Source: Octopus sinensis (lineage: Eukaryota). Taken from it: a stretch of 64,000 nucleotides of DNA. Both the position numbers and the translations under genes were made by a program. A model generated the notes under the pieces. The model was not told where the DNA came from, searched no databases, and saw only the letters and a program-made list of their open reading frames with translations. Numbering within the stretch: position 1 is the stretch's first letter; each line of letters begins with the position of its first letter. The DNA is taken from positions 39,370,001 through 39,434,000 of the forward strand of contig NC_043003.1 of NCBI RefSeq assembly GCF_006345805.1, given 5' to 3'. Below, one piece after another: positions 1 to 13,584 of this stretch.

Positions 1-63
1 TGGTGGAGTGGGGACAAACACAGGCACAAGCACACACACGCATGCACGCACACACACAAACAT

Positions 64-103
<40 letters not shown>

Positions 104-106
<3 letters not shown>

Positions 107-245
107 TGAGTGGCTGTGTGGTAAGTAGCTTGCTTCTGGGTTCAGTCCCACTGCATGACACTTTGGGCAAGTGTCTTCTACTATAGCTTCGGACCGACTA
201 AAGACATGTGAGTGGATTTGGTAGATAAACGGAAAGAAGCCCGTC

Positions 246-291
<46 letters not shown>

Positions 292-520
292 TGCGTGTGC
301 GCGCGCGCATCTATATGTTTGTGTGTCTGTGTTCGTCCCCCTACTATCGTTTGACAACCGATGTTAGTGTGTTTACGTTCCCGTAAATTAGCGGTTCGGC
401 AAAAAGAGACGATAGGATATATACTAGGCTTACAAAGAATAAGTCCTGGGGTCGATTTGTTCGACTAAAGGTGGTGATGCTCCAGCATGGCTGCAGTCAA
501 ATGACTGAAAGAAATAAACG
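104..520 (+). mobile_element. CORE-type SINE with internal (GT)n and 3' tail
   Basis: tRNA-like head (tggctgtgtgg...gggttcagtccc) and CORE-like ttgggcaagtgtcttc. Related pieces recur at about 680-800 (-), 2072-2410, 4425-4560 (-), 13055-13140, 53208-53400 (-) and 62380-62595 (+). Confidence 0.7.
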
Positions 521-567
521 AATATATATATATATAGATATATATATATATAATATATATATATAAT

Positions 568-623
<56 letters not shown>

Positions 624-1861
624 TATAGATACATACATACACATATATGTATATATATATATTATATATAATATATACGACAAGCTTCAATTTCTGTCTA
701 CCAAATCCACTAACAATGCTTGGGTTGGCTCGAGGCTATAGTAAAAATATTTGCCACGCAGTGGGATTGAACCTGGTACTATGTCCTTGGGAAGCATGCT
801 TCATGCTACACATCCACGGCTGGTGTGTTTGTATCTCCGTAACGTATGTATTACTTACATTGCTTCAGGTTTGTGTAGCAAAGCAGCTACAAGTGCGATA
901 GAAGATTTGGATGATGTACAATTTACGTTCGAAATATTTGGATGTGTCTCTTGTTGCATGTATATATATAAATATACGTGTTTGTGTGTGCGTGTGTGTC
1001 AGTTTCTGCGAGTGTAGGCATTTCTTTTCATATCTCGCTAATCCACACAGATAAAACTGTATACCAATAGTAGCTGGGAGTTAATTTTATTTGGTGGGAG
1101 CGGGTGACTCTTGTGATCTTTGTCACTAAACGCTCCAGAAATAGGGACAAGTGAGTCACTCAGGTCAAGCCATAATTTAATTATGTGTATGTGTGTATGC
1201 GTGTGTATATGAGCCTGTCATGTTGTGCGTGTTTATTATGTATGTTTATATATATACATATATATATATTATATATATATATAATATATATATATTATAT
1301 ATATATCTATACCTCTATTGTCAAAGTGGTAAGCGGCCATCTGATATATATATATCTTTGTGTGTGTGTATCTGTGTGTATGCGTGTGTCTATGTGCCTG
1401 TGTGTCTGTGTATTTCAACCATATATATATAAGAGAGGGAGGGAGAGAGAGATAGGGAGAGAGAGGGAGAGAGAGAGGGAGAGCGAGAGAGATTAGAAAT
1501 ATACAAAAATTATACCAAAAAAAAGAGACATGTGAAGGAATAACAAACATGACGTGTTAGTTTGACGATCAGAAAAAATAAAAGAAGTATTTGACGTTTC
1601 GAGGCTACGCTCTTCCCTAGAAAGAAATAAAGAAAGAAAACTGACCGAAAGGGGGAAAATGGAGAGAGAAAACGTGTCTGAATTAACGGTGTATGAATGT
1701 ATTTATGTATGTATGGTATGTTCAACATAGAATGTTGAACATACCATACATACATAAATACATTCATACATACATACATACGTACATACATACATACATA
1801 CATACATACATACTTACATACATACATACATACATAACTACATACATATATTATATATATA

Positions 1862-1894
<33 letters not shown>

Positions 1895-2267
1895 GAATAT
1901 ATATATATATATATATATAGATATAATATACACGCGCACGCACATACGCAACATACAACACTATAACGTCTCCGATGTCAAATCATACCACATGTACTCC
2001 TTCATATACACCCATCTCTCTCTCTCCTCTATATCTAATATATATATATATATATATATAGCATATGCGAAGGGTTTCTTTCAGTTTCCGTCCACCAAAT
2101 TCACTCATGTGGCTTTAGTCGGACATGGTTCAAGGTTTAGTTCCACTGCATGGCAACCTGGGCGTTTTCTACTATACCTTCGGGCCGACCACAGCCTTGT
2201 GAGTGGATTTTTATAGACGAAACTGAAAAAGCCCTTTGAATATACATGGTGTGTGTGTGTGTGTGTG

Positions 2268-2325
<58 letters not shown>

Positions 2326-2413
2326 TGTGTAAGTAATAAACTTACAAAAATAAATAAGTTCTGGGCTCGATTTCTTCGACTAGAATCCTTGAAGGCGGAG
2401 CCCCAGAGGGAAG

Positions 2414-2414
<1 letters not shown>

Positions 2415-2510
<96 letters not shown>
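2415..2510. repeat. (GATA)n microsatellite, representative of many (TA)n, (CA)n, (CATA)n, (GATA)n and (TAA)n tracts in the window
   Basis: Direct reading. Other large tracts are at 3637-3717, 14945-15110, 27135-27240, 36957-37030 and 43510-43600. Confidence 0.97.
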
Positions 2511-2869
2511 CTTCGCTTCCCAGGGCTGCGTTAGTAACGTCATTGACCTCCGTGCAAATAGATGCACTGGCCTTATGTTATTTTTCCTTGTTAGCGAATC
2601 ATGCAAACATAGATCAGAATTGGACCCTTAGACCACAAAGGCCATCGGGCGATCGCCCAATGGGCCAACGTCTTAAGATGGCACTTCCGCAGCTAAACAC
2701 TCAATATTCTCCTGAGTAAAGGGTGGGAGGGCAGAGATAAGCACCTGAAGCAATTAGCCAATGTATGGTACAAGTTATCAGGACATATGCACTTGCGAAT
2801 GACCAGTTACCTAATCTAATTGCATGTGTATGTGTTTGTGCGTGCGTTCATGTGCACATGTGTGTTGGC

Positions 2870-3040
2870 AGAAATGTTAGAGCGTCAGACAAAGTACTTA
2901 GCAGGGCGGCATTTCTCTTTACGTTCTGAGTTCAGATCCCGCTGAAATCGACATTTGGCGTTTTATTTTTTCGGGATGGATAAAATAAAGTACCAATCAA
3001 GGACGGGAGTCGATGAAATCGACAGGCACTTCACCTCCCC
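2870..3040 (+). mobile_element. Abundant SINE with Meta-domain-like core
   Basis: ggcagaaatgttagc...gagttcagatccc...gtaccaatc...gtcgat pattern repeated more than 20 times in the window. The core gcctttcatcctttcggggtcgataaaataagtaccag resembles the MetaSINE Meta domain (from memory). Confidence 0.7.
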
Positions 3041-3721
3041 TCAGAATTGTTTACATATATACATACATGCATACATAAATGCATGCACTCGCAGACGTAC
3101 ATACGCACATATATACACACGCATATACACACATGCATACATACATAATTCACATATATATGTAGATGAATATATACGCATATATGCACACACATTCATA
3201 CATCTACACATATACGCGCATACATGCTTACATACATACACATTCATACATGCAGAAATACACATAAATGCACTTACATACACACATAAACACACATATA
3301 TAGTATCACTCTGTCAAATGACTTTCACCTTGATTTGTATGGTTATTATTTATTTTCCTCCATCAACGCATTCACTTCGCCAATCTGGCCTGTCAGCCTG
3401 CCACCATTTTGTTTTTGCTTTTTTAATCATAAATTCGGTTGATGTAGTCTCTTTGTCTGTTCCACATGAATAAGCAAATGAATAAGTGAATTGAAGAGGA
3501 AAACAAATGACAATAATACAACTGAAGCCATAAAACACTTGACAGAACAGCAAAAATACTACCACGACCATCAACAATAATAGCAGTAACAAAAAGCGTT
3601 TACATACATACGGGTGGCACACAAAACATGCATGCACATACATACATACATACATACATACATACATACATACATACATACATACATACATACATACATA
3701 CATACATACATACATACAAAA

Positions 3722-4150
3722 AATGTCATCACGGTATTATCTACCGATGAGACATGATGTAGCTAGGACACCCTGTAATGAAATCCGTCGGAAGGATATT
3801 CCCGAGAACAAGGAAATGAGAGTCCACTGTATGGTAGAAGCCATAGCTACTCGTAGTACAAAGGAGCACTGGTAGAATGACCCACTGAAGACCTCAATAA
3901 AATGTAAGCACAACAGATATAATGATTTGTATACAGTTATGGAAATTGGCTTCGCAGCGAATGTTAACATCAAGCTGAAGATCAGTGAAAAAGAGAATAC
4001 CTACGTTGAACTATTGAGAAATCTGCAGTTTCTCTATCCAGATTACAAGTTCAGGTTTATACCTGTAATTACTAGGGGCCTGAGATATGTAACACACTGC
4101 CTAAATACCAGTCTTGAGAAATTAGGCACCTCAAAGCCATACATGTGTAC
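3722..4150 (+). mobile_element. Decayed non-LTR retrotransposon fragment with restriction-like endonuclease (R4/NeSL-type)
   Basis: Translates across frameshifts to ...RHDVART...KHNR...EIGFAANVNIKLKISEKENTYVELLRNLQFLYPDYKFRFIPVI, the C-terminal RLE pattern. Confidence 0.7.
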
Positions 4151-4574
4151 CCTTAACGTAGTTCATAGGGAGGTTCCACGTGACAGGTCTAACCATTTTG
4201 AAATACAAATACTACTCATTTTCGCCAGCTGAGTGGACTGGACCAATGTGAAATAAAGTTTCTTGCTACCGGAAATCGAACTCACGATCTATTGATTCTA
4301 AGCTGAATACCCTAACCGCTAAGCCTTCACATTTCTCATATATGTGCGCGCGCGCGTGTGTGCATATTTACATATACATCCATATATATATATATATATA
4401 TAATATATATACATACATACACACAACAGGCTTCTTACAGTTTACTTCTACCAAATTCACTACCATAGCTCAGGGCTACAGCAGAAGACATTTGCTCAAG
4501 GTGTTGTGCAATGGCATTGAACTTGACACCACAGTTGGAATGCAAGCTTCTTAACCACAATAATAATAATCCCT

Positions 4575-4950
4575 TCTACACAGGCACAAGGCCCGAAATT
4601 TTTCTGTAGGTGGGAGGGGCCTAGCTGATCACATTGAACGCAGTACATGACTGGTACTTATTTTATTAATCCTGAAAGGATAAAAGGCAAAGCTGACCCC
4701 GGCGGAACTTGAACTCTGAATGTGAAGACAGAAGTGTAAACCACAATAACAATAATACTTTCTAGTAAAGGCACAAGGCCTGAAATTTTGGGTGCGGGGA
4801 CTAGTCGATTACATCAACCCCAGTGTTTCAATGTTACTTAATTTGAAACCATGGAACGATGAAAGGTAAAATCAACCGTGGTAGAATTTGAACACGGAAC
4901 GTTAGGATGGACAGAGTACCGCTAAGCATTTTGCTCGGCGTGCTAACAAA
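4575..4950 (-). mobile_element. Two tandem Meta-like SINE copies, minus strand
   Basis: Reverse complement of the gagttcaaattccgccgaggtcgactttgcc core at about 4685-4720 and 4860-4900. Confidence 0.7.
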
Positions 4951-5208
4951 TAACAATACCAATTATGATGAGGCTATTTTAAACAGATAGTTCTTAGTTT
5001 ACTCTTTGAAATACAAAGGAACTTTTAAGCATTCCATTCCTAAGAATTCTATAGTACAGTCTAAATGATAATCAAAAATGGTGGCAAGATGGACGGAAGT
5101 GTGCTTGAATATTCATGTATGTGCATGTATGTTGATAAACATGCATGCATACTTACATACAGATTTATATATATTTAGATATATATAAATAATATATATA
5201 TATATATC

Positions 5209-5285
<77 letters not shown>

Positions 5286-6188
5286 GTATATATATATATG
5301 TGTGTGTGTGTATATATATATACATATACATGTGCATGGGCGTCGCCAACGGTAAACATGAAATACGAAAACAAATTAGTTCAATACGCAAAACAACGAG
5401 AGAAGTAAATGGAAAACAGGACAAGTAACACAAGGAACAACCCTAACCCATACGCCTCCACTAATGACAAAATTACTTAAGTATTTGTAGCTATGTAGGT
5501 ATGAAAACTTTAGCATTTTTAAAAGCTTAAATCAGCAGATTAACATCCAATATCATGTGCTTGAGTAATGTGGGCCACCTTCTAGAGGTAGTGACACGTC
5601 TAATGTAACTGTTGTATTATAATAAAACAATGGCAGGCGTGTTTTAATGCAAATTGAACCATGGAAGATATCCGCCTTCAAAATATCGTCAATGACTCCC
5701 TGCTTAATAAACTTTTATGGATCAAATTGATAAACATCGCAAAAGTTTTATAGTTATCCAATGCCTTTGGACTGACTCAACCCAAGCATTCATAGTAGTT
5801 ACATTCATCAAGAGGAAAGCATTCATGCCTAACCGCTGTTTCTACCTACCTACCTGTAGCTCGAAGTTCCTTCAACATAACATCGAATATTAGAAAACTT
5901 TATGGGGAGACTTCAATATTTTCCGCACTGCTGTGAAAGATAATGAAGATGTTTCAGGCTCCTCTCCCTAGTCTGAGAGAAAGAAAGAGAGAAGAAGAAT
6001 GGGGAGAGAAAGAGAAGGAGAGAGAAGGGAGAGAAGTGGAGTGGGAGAGGGGAGAAGTGTGGGAAAGAAAGAGGGTAGTGAGAGTGGAGAGAGAAGGATA
6101 GATGAGAGAGAAATGGATAAGAAAAATAGAAGATAGGAATATCATTATTTCTAATTCTCTCTAAAGGAGACTACAGCAGCGGTACTGG

Positions 6189-6428
6189 ATATTAATAGTT
6201 ATCGCCAAGCTAACATGGCAGTCTAGATAAATAGAACGAATGCTGCCGTTGATTAGCTCCAAGAGACCATAGCCTCTAGCTAGCTATGTGACACAAAAAG
6301 GTTATAATGGACACAGGTTTGTATGTCACATAGCTAGCTACAGGCTATGGCCCCTTGGAGCTAATCAACGGCAGCATTCGTCCTATTTTTCTGGACTGCT
6401 ATGTTAGCTTGGTGATAACTATTAATAT
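6189..6428. repeat. Fold-back element, arms about 110 bp, loop about 20 nt (MITE-like)
   Basis: atattaatagttatcgccaagctaacatggcag... pairs with ...ctgctatgttagcttggtgataactattaatat, with scattered mismatches. Confidence 0.85.
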
Positions 6429-6739
6429 AAAAATAGAAGAGCAAGACAAAAATTGTGGCGGCATTAATTGCAACTAAATAAATAGTTGTTGTAGTAGGAT
6501 CTCCGGCATTGTAAATTCAAAGAGAGAAAACATGAAGTGTGCTTCTCTTCTGGCATTTAATTTTATATCATTAATAAAATATTTTGTGGATACGGTACAT
6601 TGGTTGAAATAAAAAAACTAATTCAAGGAATTTCAGTAAGTCTCTTATTGCAGAAAGAAGATACATTTTATGTACATTTCTCACTAGAGACTAGCTATCA
6701 GCGACAAAAAATGCTATCGATATCCTGCTTGATGTATAA

Positions 6740-7200
6740 GGCGGCGTGCTGGCAAAATAGTAAACACGCCGTGCAAAATGCTTAACGGAATTTCGTCCGT
6801 CTTTACGTCCTGAGTTCAAATTCTGCTGAGGTCGACTTTGCCTTTCATCCTTTCTGGATCGATAAAATAAGCACCAGTTGAGCACTGGAGTCGATGTAAT
6901 CCATTAACCCAATCACCAACAGTTTCGGGCCTTGTGCCTGGAGTGGAAAGGAATATTATGCTTGCTGTATAAGGCGACGAGCTATCAGAATCGTTAGTAT
7001 GCCAAGCACAATGCTCAGCAGCATTTTGTTCGTCTTTACGTTCAAAGTTCAAATTCCGCCGAGGTCGCTTTTGCCGAGGTCGCTTTTGCCGAGGTCGCTT
7101 TTGCCGAGGTCGCTTTTGCCGAGGTCGCTTTTGCCGAGGTCGCTTTTGCCTTTCACCCTTTTGGGATTGATGAGATAAGTACCTGCTGAGCACTGTAGTG
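6740..7200 (+). mobile_element. Two tandem Meta-like SINE copies; the second carries a 15-bp tandem expansion
   Basis: taaggcggcgtgctggcaaaat... and taaggcgacgagctatcagaatcg... heads; (gccgaggtcgctttt)x6 at 7058-7147. Confidence 0.8.
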
Positions 7201-7480
7201 ACACCCTGTAATTTTAACATCTCGCACAGTACATCTGAAGCACAAAGACCACCCAAGAATAAAACTCAGCACACACTGCATATATTGTACACAACACACT
7301 AAACATTAAATAACATCAAAAACAACGAAATAAATCCCAGGACTAAGGAAAGTAGATGCAGTTTACAAACACAATTCTAAAATCATTAAAAGCTATACTG
7401 CATACCTCAGGAACACAGACTCTACCTAACAGCGCGGTAGAAAACTTATGTGAAACTGTTTGAAAATATGATAATTAATG

Positions 7481-7542
<62 letters not shown>

Positions 7543-7554
7543 TAATAATAATAA

Positions 7555-7712
7555 TTCTGGGGAAGGAGCTAGCCGACCCCAGTGCTCAGCTGGTACTTTT
7601 TTTTTATCGTCCCAGAAAGGAGGAAAAACAAAGTCAACGTCGGTGGAATTTGAACTGAGAACGTAGAGACGGACGAAAAAACTACTAAGCAATTTGTTCG
7701 GTGTGCTAACGT
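7555..7712 (-). mobile_element. Meta-like SINE copy, minus strand (further minus copies at about 8785-8970 and 11800-12005)
   Basis: Reverse-complement match to the same core (caaagtcaacgtcggtggaatttgaact). Confidence 0.7.
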
Positions 7713-7719
7713 TTCTACC

Positions 7720-7757
<38 letters not shown>

Positions 7758-7760
<3 letters not shown>

Positions 7761-8059
7761 AAAGACCTGGAAATAGAGGTAACCAGAATGTGGAATCTAA
7801 AAACAGAAACAATTCCTATCATAGTAGGTGCATTAGGCATGATAAAAAAATATTCAGACAAATACATAACAAAAACACCAGGACTTACAAACACATATAA
7901 CATGCAGAAAATTGCACTACTAGACACTGCACACATCCTACGCAGAACACTTTCCATACAATAACCATCAGAGCATCACAACAAATCACAGCACATACCC
8001 AAGGCACACAGAGCTGCGCTCGGTAGTGAAGTGAAAGCACGCTATAAAAAATAAAACTA

Positions 8060-8063
<4 letters not shown>
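7758..8063 (+). mobile_element. 3' end of an R4/Dong-like RLE LINE embedded in (TAA)n
   Basis: YKDLEIEVTRMWNLKTETIPIIVGALGMIKK...MQKIALLDTAHILRRTLSIQ* (one frameshift), short 3' UTR, (TAA)n on both sides. Confidence 0.8.
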
Positions 8064-8118
<55 letters not shown>

Positions 8119-8160
8119 TAATAATATTAATGATGATGATGATGATGATGATGATGATAA

Positions 8161-8740
8161 CAGAAAGTTTTACACTGGGAGATTTGTCAGAAATGGAGAT
8201 TTGAAGTAGGAAGTACGAGGTGTGATCATTGGGTCGAAAGAGTGCTGGAGTCGGAAAAATGCAAAATTCTATGGGATTTTCCAGTTCAAACGGATAAGAA
8301 GCGAGAAAATAACAGGCCATACATAACAATAATGGACAAGGAAAAGCGAAGTTGCTTACTAATTGATCCATCATGTCTGTTTGGTTTCAGGATTGTTAAG
8401 AAAGCAGATGAAAAACGAAAAAAGAAAACAATATTAAAATCCCTTAAAATGTGAAATTGCAAGAATTCGGAGTATGAAAACTGCAAAAGTTGTGCCTGTA
8501 ATAATTGATGCACTGGGAACTGTAAGTAATGATGTAGACAAATGGTTAAAGGAGATGGGAATAGAATGTCTTGTAGAACTTCTACTGAAAGTTTGCTTCT
8601 TAGGAACAGGAAAGATTATCAGGAGTGTTTTAAGCACTAGAATGACTATTGAAAGCTTGTGGATACCTATGAAACAGGTAGCAACTCGCTACCCACATAA
8701 ATTCTACCAGGAATAAGAATGAACCTGAATAAGATCACAA
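8161..8740 (+). mobile_element. 3' end of a second R4/Dong-like RLE LINE family embedded in (TAA)n/(TGA)n
   Basis: KCKILWDFPVQTDK...NNRPYITIMDKEKRSCLLID...VVPVIIDALGTV...CFLGTGKIIRSVL: PD-(D/E)xK-type RLE domain and terminal motif. Confidence 0.8.
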
Positions 8741-9559
8741 ATAATAATAATAATACTAATAATAATTTACTCGTTGTAATATTAATTTGGAATTTTGGCA
8801 CACGGTCAGCAATTTCGATGAGGGGTAATTCGATGGTATCTACTCCAGTTCTCAACTGTTACTTATACTGTAGACCTCGGCGGAATTTGAACTCAGAACT
8901 TAAAGACGGACTAAATGCCGCGAAGTATTTCGCCCGGTATGCTAATGATTCTGCAAGCTCGCCGTCTTTACTCGTTGTAATATCAATAACCATTTATCAC
9001 TTAAGCATCAAGCATTATCACTCACCCCTTTCTTTACCATTTCCTTCTCCCACTCCTCCTCCTCCTCATCATCATCATCATCGTCATAATCCTTTGTATC
9101 AGGAGCAGTACAACTAACAGAACTATCACCATCATCTTGAACACGTGCACACGGACGCGCAGGAACAAAATGAACAACAGTAAGTCAATGATAGAGGTTT
9201 TTTCATAGGAGTGCGACCTATGAAAAAAAATAGCAGCCAAAGTTCCTACGGACGAGTGATTCGGCTTCTTTAAATATATACTTAAATAAAGAACACTTTA
9301 GCTAATATCTTTGTCCATAATCATAATATGACTGGATAGTCACGAATTTGTGTGGTTGTGTATGTTTTGAGAATGTATTTCATTATAGGTCTGTTAACTC
9401 AGAGTTGACCTGCAGATGGACAAGGGAAAAAAAAACAAAAACAAATTTCATTCAAATCATACCCTACAGTCTTAAGAAAGATAATGCAATCCTACATACT
9501 TCTAAAAAGACAGGATGGCCATGGCTGGAATGTTTTTCATCATAGGTCTGCTTAACCAA

Positions 9560-10330
9560 AGTTGACCTAGTCCTAACCCTTTGCCTGTCCTGTGTATCAG
9601 ATCTAATACATATATTCCCCGTGACGTCTATGCACCATATATAATACAGTTAATGCGCCGACTGGCATGCTTCAGCTCAACACTGTCTGGCATATCTCTG
9701 CTCAGCGTCCGTTCCCCACAGCGGAGCCTGATTCAATGCGGTGCAGTTACTCTCAACTGGAATTCAGCTTCGTAACGATTGTCTGTGCGTCGATGTGTCC
9801 CTGAAGCTTGGCTTCTGTGAGCCTCACGAATACCACTGCGGATCCATTGTGGATTCTTTCGGCCTCCACCCATTGTCATGCCCCAATAGTGCCGCCCTTA
9901 ACAAAATCATAAAGCTCGGCCTAGACGCCGCAGGAGTCCATTCCCAGCTCGAGCTAGCAAGGCTAGAGCAAGGGGACAGTAAAAGACCTGACGCTATGAC
10001 ATTCTTCCCTTTCTATGGCAGTAGGACCCTCATTTGGGATATCACATGCTGTGACACTTTCTCCAACGGTAACTTAGTTTAACTATCAGCCCAGGCTCCG
10101 CTACTAGTCAGACTGAGAAAAGCATCGGTTTATGGTCGAGCCTGTTACAGTGGAGACCTTTGACGTTCTTAGATCCCGGATCATATTCCTGCTCACCGCA
10201 ATCGCGGCGAAGATGGCTATCTGTAAGTGCGAGCACCGTGAGTCAGAGCGGCTGTTCTAGCACATCTCCCTCACCATCCTCCGGGGCTGCACCTTTTCCA
10301 TTTTGTTTCTTGGGACCATGAGGCAATCTC
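9560..10330 (+). mobile_element. Decayed CRE-clade-like non-LTR retrotransposon 3' region
   Basis: CEPHEYHCGSIVDSFGLHPLSC (zinc knuckle) and KRPDAMTFFPFYGSRTLIWDITCCDTF (RLE RPD...WDxT motif). Confidence 0.72.
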
Positions 10331-10499
10331 GATTACAGGAAATCGAGAAAGAATATAAGAACTTCGTCTCTTACTACGCGAAAAATAAACTCCGCATCTT
10401 GAAGAAAGAAATGTGCTGCGCACAATAATTGTTGCTTATACGTTTCCATTCCATTTTAAAAGTGCATTACTATTGCTACTGCTGCTGCTGCTGCCACTA

Positions 10500-10543
<44 letters not shown>

Positions 10544-12439
10544 TACTACTACTACTACTATACTACTACTACTACTATATCATACACATTCCCAATTTTT
10601 TTCAACCAATATACTAACTTGGGAGTTATGAAAGAAAAGCTTTATATTATTCAGAGCGTGTGAAACAAGGGTTAACTGAAAGAAAAGTCCGAAAATAAGC
10701 ATAGACGTTTAGGAAAAACGTATGAAAATGATTTGGACCAGCAAAAGGTTAAACAACAACAACAGAAAACTATTACTGTCGTTAACGTTGGAGGTCGAAC
10801 ATCAATAGCAAACCAACCAGTGAAATATTACGTCAACACAAGCCAAATTAACTTCTCTTGCTGTTAAGATTTAATTATTCAAAATGGCTGACCAATTCAT
10901 TCAGTTGATTGACTGACACGTGTACATTGAAACAAGAGACATTCTTTCCATACCAATAATTACAAGCTTCTCAACTAATCGACTTCATCCACCATCACTA
11001 TTGCCTTCTCGTCGTCGCTGTCGTCATCCTCGCCGGCATTATAATCATCGTTCTCATCGTCATCGTTATCATCATCAGCAGCAGCAGCAGCTGCATCATC
11101 ATCATCACCATCGTAATCGTCATCGTCTCCCTACTTCGCCTCCTGCACCCCATCATCATCATCGTTGTCGTCGTCGTCGTCGTCATCATCCGTTAAGATC
11201 TTCTTTGTCTTCCATCTCCATAGGATCGATAATATATTAGTGAAAGGCTGGAGTCGATATAATCGCCTGTTCCTTCCTCCACTCAACAAACATTTCTAGT
11301 TTTGTGAATTGGTTGGATCATCAAAATATCGGACAAAAAAATTCTTTACAGTACCTAATTACGATCCATTACTTTTTGAGTTCATATTCCACAGAAGTTA
11401 ACTTTGCTTTTATCTTGCCGGATTCGATAACGTAAAATACCAATCAAACACTGGAGTAGATTTAATCGAATAGTTGAAGAGAAAGGAGCTTTGCTTCAGA
11501 GGATAATCGAAACTTGATCGCGCTCCATGCTTACCAGAAACTCGCTTCTTATTATATGATAGACGTTATTCACACAGCAAAGAAGAAAGCAACCACCGCA
11601 CAATAAGTATTGCGTTTTAAAGCATGGATTGGGTAATGTTAAAGTGTGGCGCTCATGCCTCTCCCAAAGCACTTTAAGGATGTAAGAGGTGGGAGTTTCC
11701 TTCAAACGAGAATCGAAAGAACGGATGTTAGAGCTTTCTGCTCGCTAAAAATGGTACTATTTGTTTTAAGACTATGTTGCACTATAATATTGATTTCAAA
11801 TCTTGGCACGAAGCCAGCAATTTCGAAGGAGGTGTACGTCGACTAAATTAACCCCAGTATTCTACCGGTACTTATTTTATCGACCCCGAAAGGATGAAAG
11901 GCAAAATGTACATCGGCGGAATCTGAACTCGGAACACAAAGACGGACGAAATCCCGCTAAGCATTTCACCCAGCGAGCTAAAGATTCTACTTGATCGTCG
12001 CCTTAGATGCTGCACTATAATGTTACAGACCAAACGGTTTGATCCCTAGAGCCCGTTTAGTTCTACATTTGCTTAAAACAGCGCTAAAAACGTTCGGGAA
12101 CATTATATAGTGTGTGGGTTAGCTCTAGGGTTCTGCTATTTGCTTCAAGGCAATGTTACATACCAGACGGGTTGATCGCCATAAACGTACTGTTTGCAAT
12201 AAAATCAAGCCTATTAAAACTCTCGTGAATATTACATACCAAACGGGTTGCAATCCTAGTTGTTGATTCTTAACATTTAGTGCTGAACAAAGCTACTTGA
12301 CTCCACTTGTATACTTTAGCAGACTGACGGATCCTGAATTTATGATTAATAACAAAGACGAGAGCGAGAAATAATTGGGTGTGGGCTAAGAAGCGCATTT
12401 TCTTATGTGTGTGTTTATGTATGTATATATAATAGTGTG

Positions 12440-12479
<40 letters not shown>

Positions 12480-13247
12480 TGTTTTTGTTTAAAACATCCA
12501 AACATTCCGACATCTCCATTATAGATATAAGGTTCCTGCCACGGAATTTTTAAGAAATCCTCTTCGTTTCTTTCTGTCTTTGACTCTCTAGACATTTCTC
12601 ACTCTTTTACACACAACTACTACTAAATGTGTCGAGTTCTCCTTTTTTCCTGTGAGTGTGTGCGTTTAGTGTGTGCGTGTATGCGTACTTGTAACTATGT
12701 GCGTGTGTATGTTTGTGTATGTGTGCCAATCAATAGGTTCATTGGCACATATACACATCAATAAATAACTGACAAAAAAATCGGTGTTACGTAGCCACAT
12801 TCGTTGGCTTACAGCTGTTTCCATTATGAAAGCTTCGTGTAAAGGCTCTGATGAAGCTATCAGGTGTTATACTATTACTCTCAATTCACAGATCATTGTA
12901 GCAGAAACAACGGCCAGTCAATGAATGTCATTAGATAACTCACATTGTTTTGGGATTATTATGCGCTGTACATTATTATGGCTTTCATAGACATCCTGAA
13001 ATGAGAACGTCAGTCAATTCACGCCACATTCTAGTCAGGACATTAGAAATATGATCACTGCGTGGTACCTTGGGCAAGTGTCTACTATAGCCTCGGGTCA
13101 GCAAAAGCTTTGTGAATGGATTTGGTAGACTGAAACCGATACAAGCAACCGATACGATCTTTCTTTCCTTCCCTGAGCGTCTGCTAATACTTTACATGTA
13201 CCACGTCCTCGCGCTGTTGTTTTTTCTGTTTCTTCTTGTCTTTTTAT

Positions 13248-13277
<30 letters not shown>

Positions 13278-13285
<8 letters not shown>

Positions 13286-13584
13286 ATCACGTGACCGACC
13301 AGACCATCAGATGTTGTTACACATCGCTGGTCACAATGCGTTCGCATTGTTTTAGCCTTGGAATGACGCCACACCGCTGGCTAAGCGAGCAGGCCAACAG
13401 AAGAAAGAGTGGGAGAAGGAGTGGTGAAAGAGAACAGCTGGGATCGCCACCATCCCCTGCCGGAGCCTTGTGGAGCTTTTTAGGTGTTTACGCTCAATAA
13501 ACACTCACAACGCCCGGTCTGGGAATCGAAACCGTGATCTTACGACCGTGAGTCCGCTGCCCTAACCACTGTGCCATTGCGCCT

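Noticed and set aside
2640-2666. Short GC-rich near-palindrome ggccatcgggcgatcgcccaatgggcc
   Set aside because: Single short occurrence with no supporting context.
5629-5646. ATG GCA GGC GTG as a possible first exon of troponin C
   Set aside because: 16.7 kb upstream, poor donor context (GGC|GTGTTT) and no supporting promoter features.
7058-7147. CRISPR-like appearance of the 15-bp array and the KRPRQ repeat ORF
   Set aside because: Head-to-tail units with no spacers, inside a SINE, in a eukaryotic genome.
10920-11240. His/Arg/Gln-rich 106-aa ORF
   Set aside because: A degenerate CAT/CGT/CAG trinucleotide tract with no splice or domain support.
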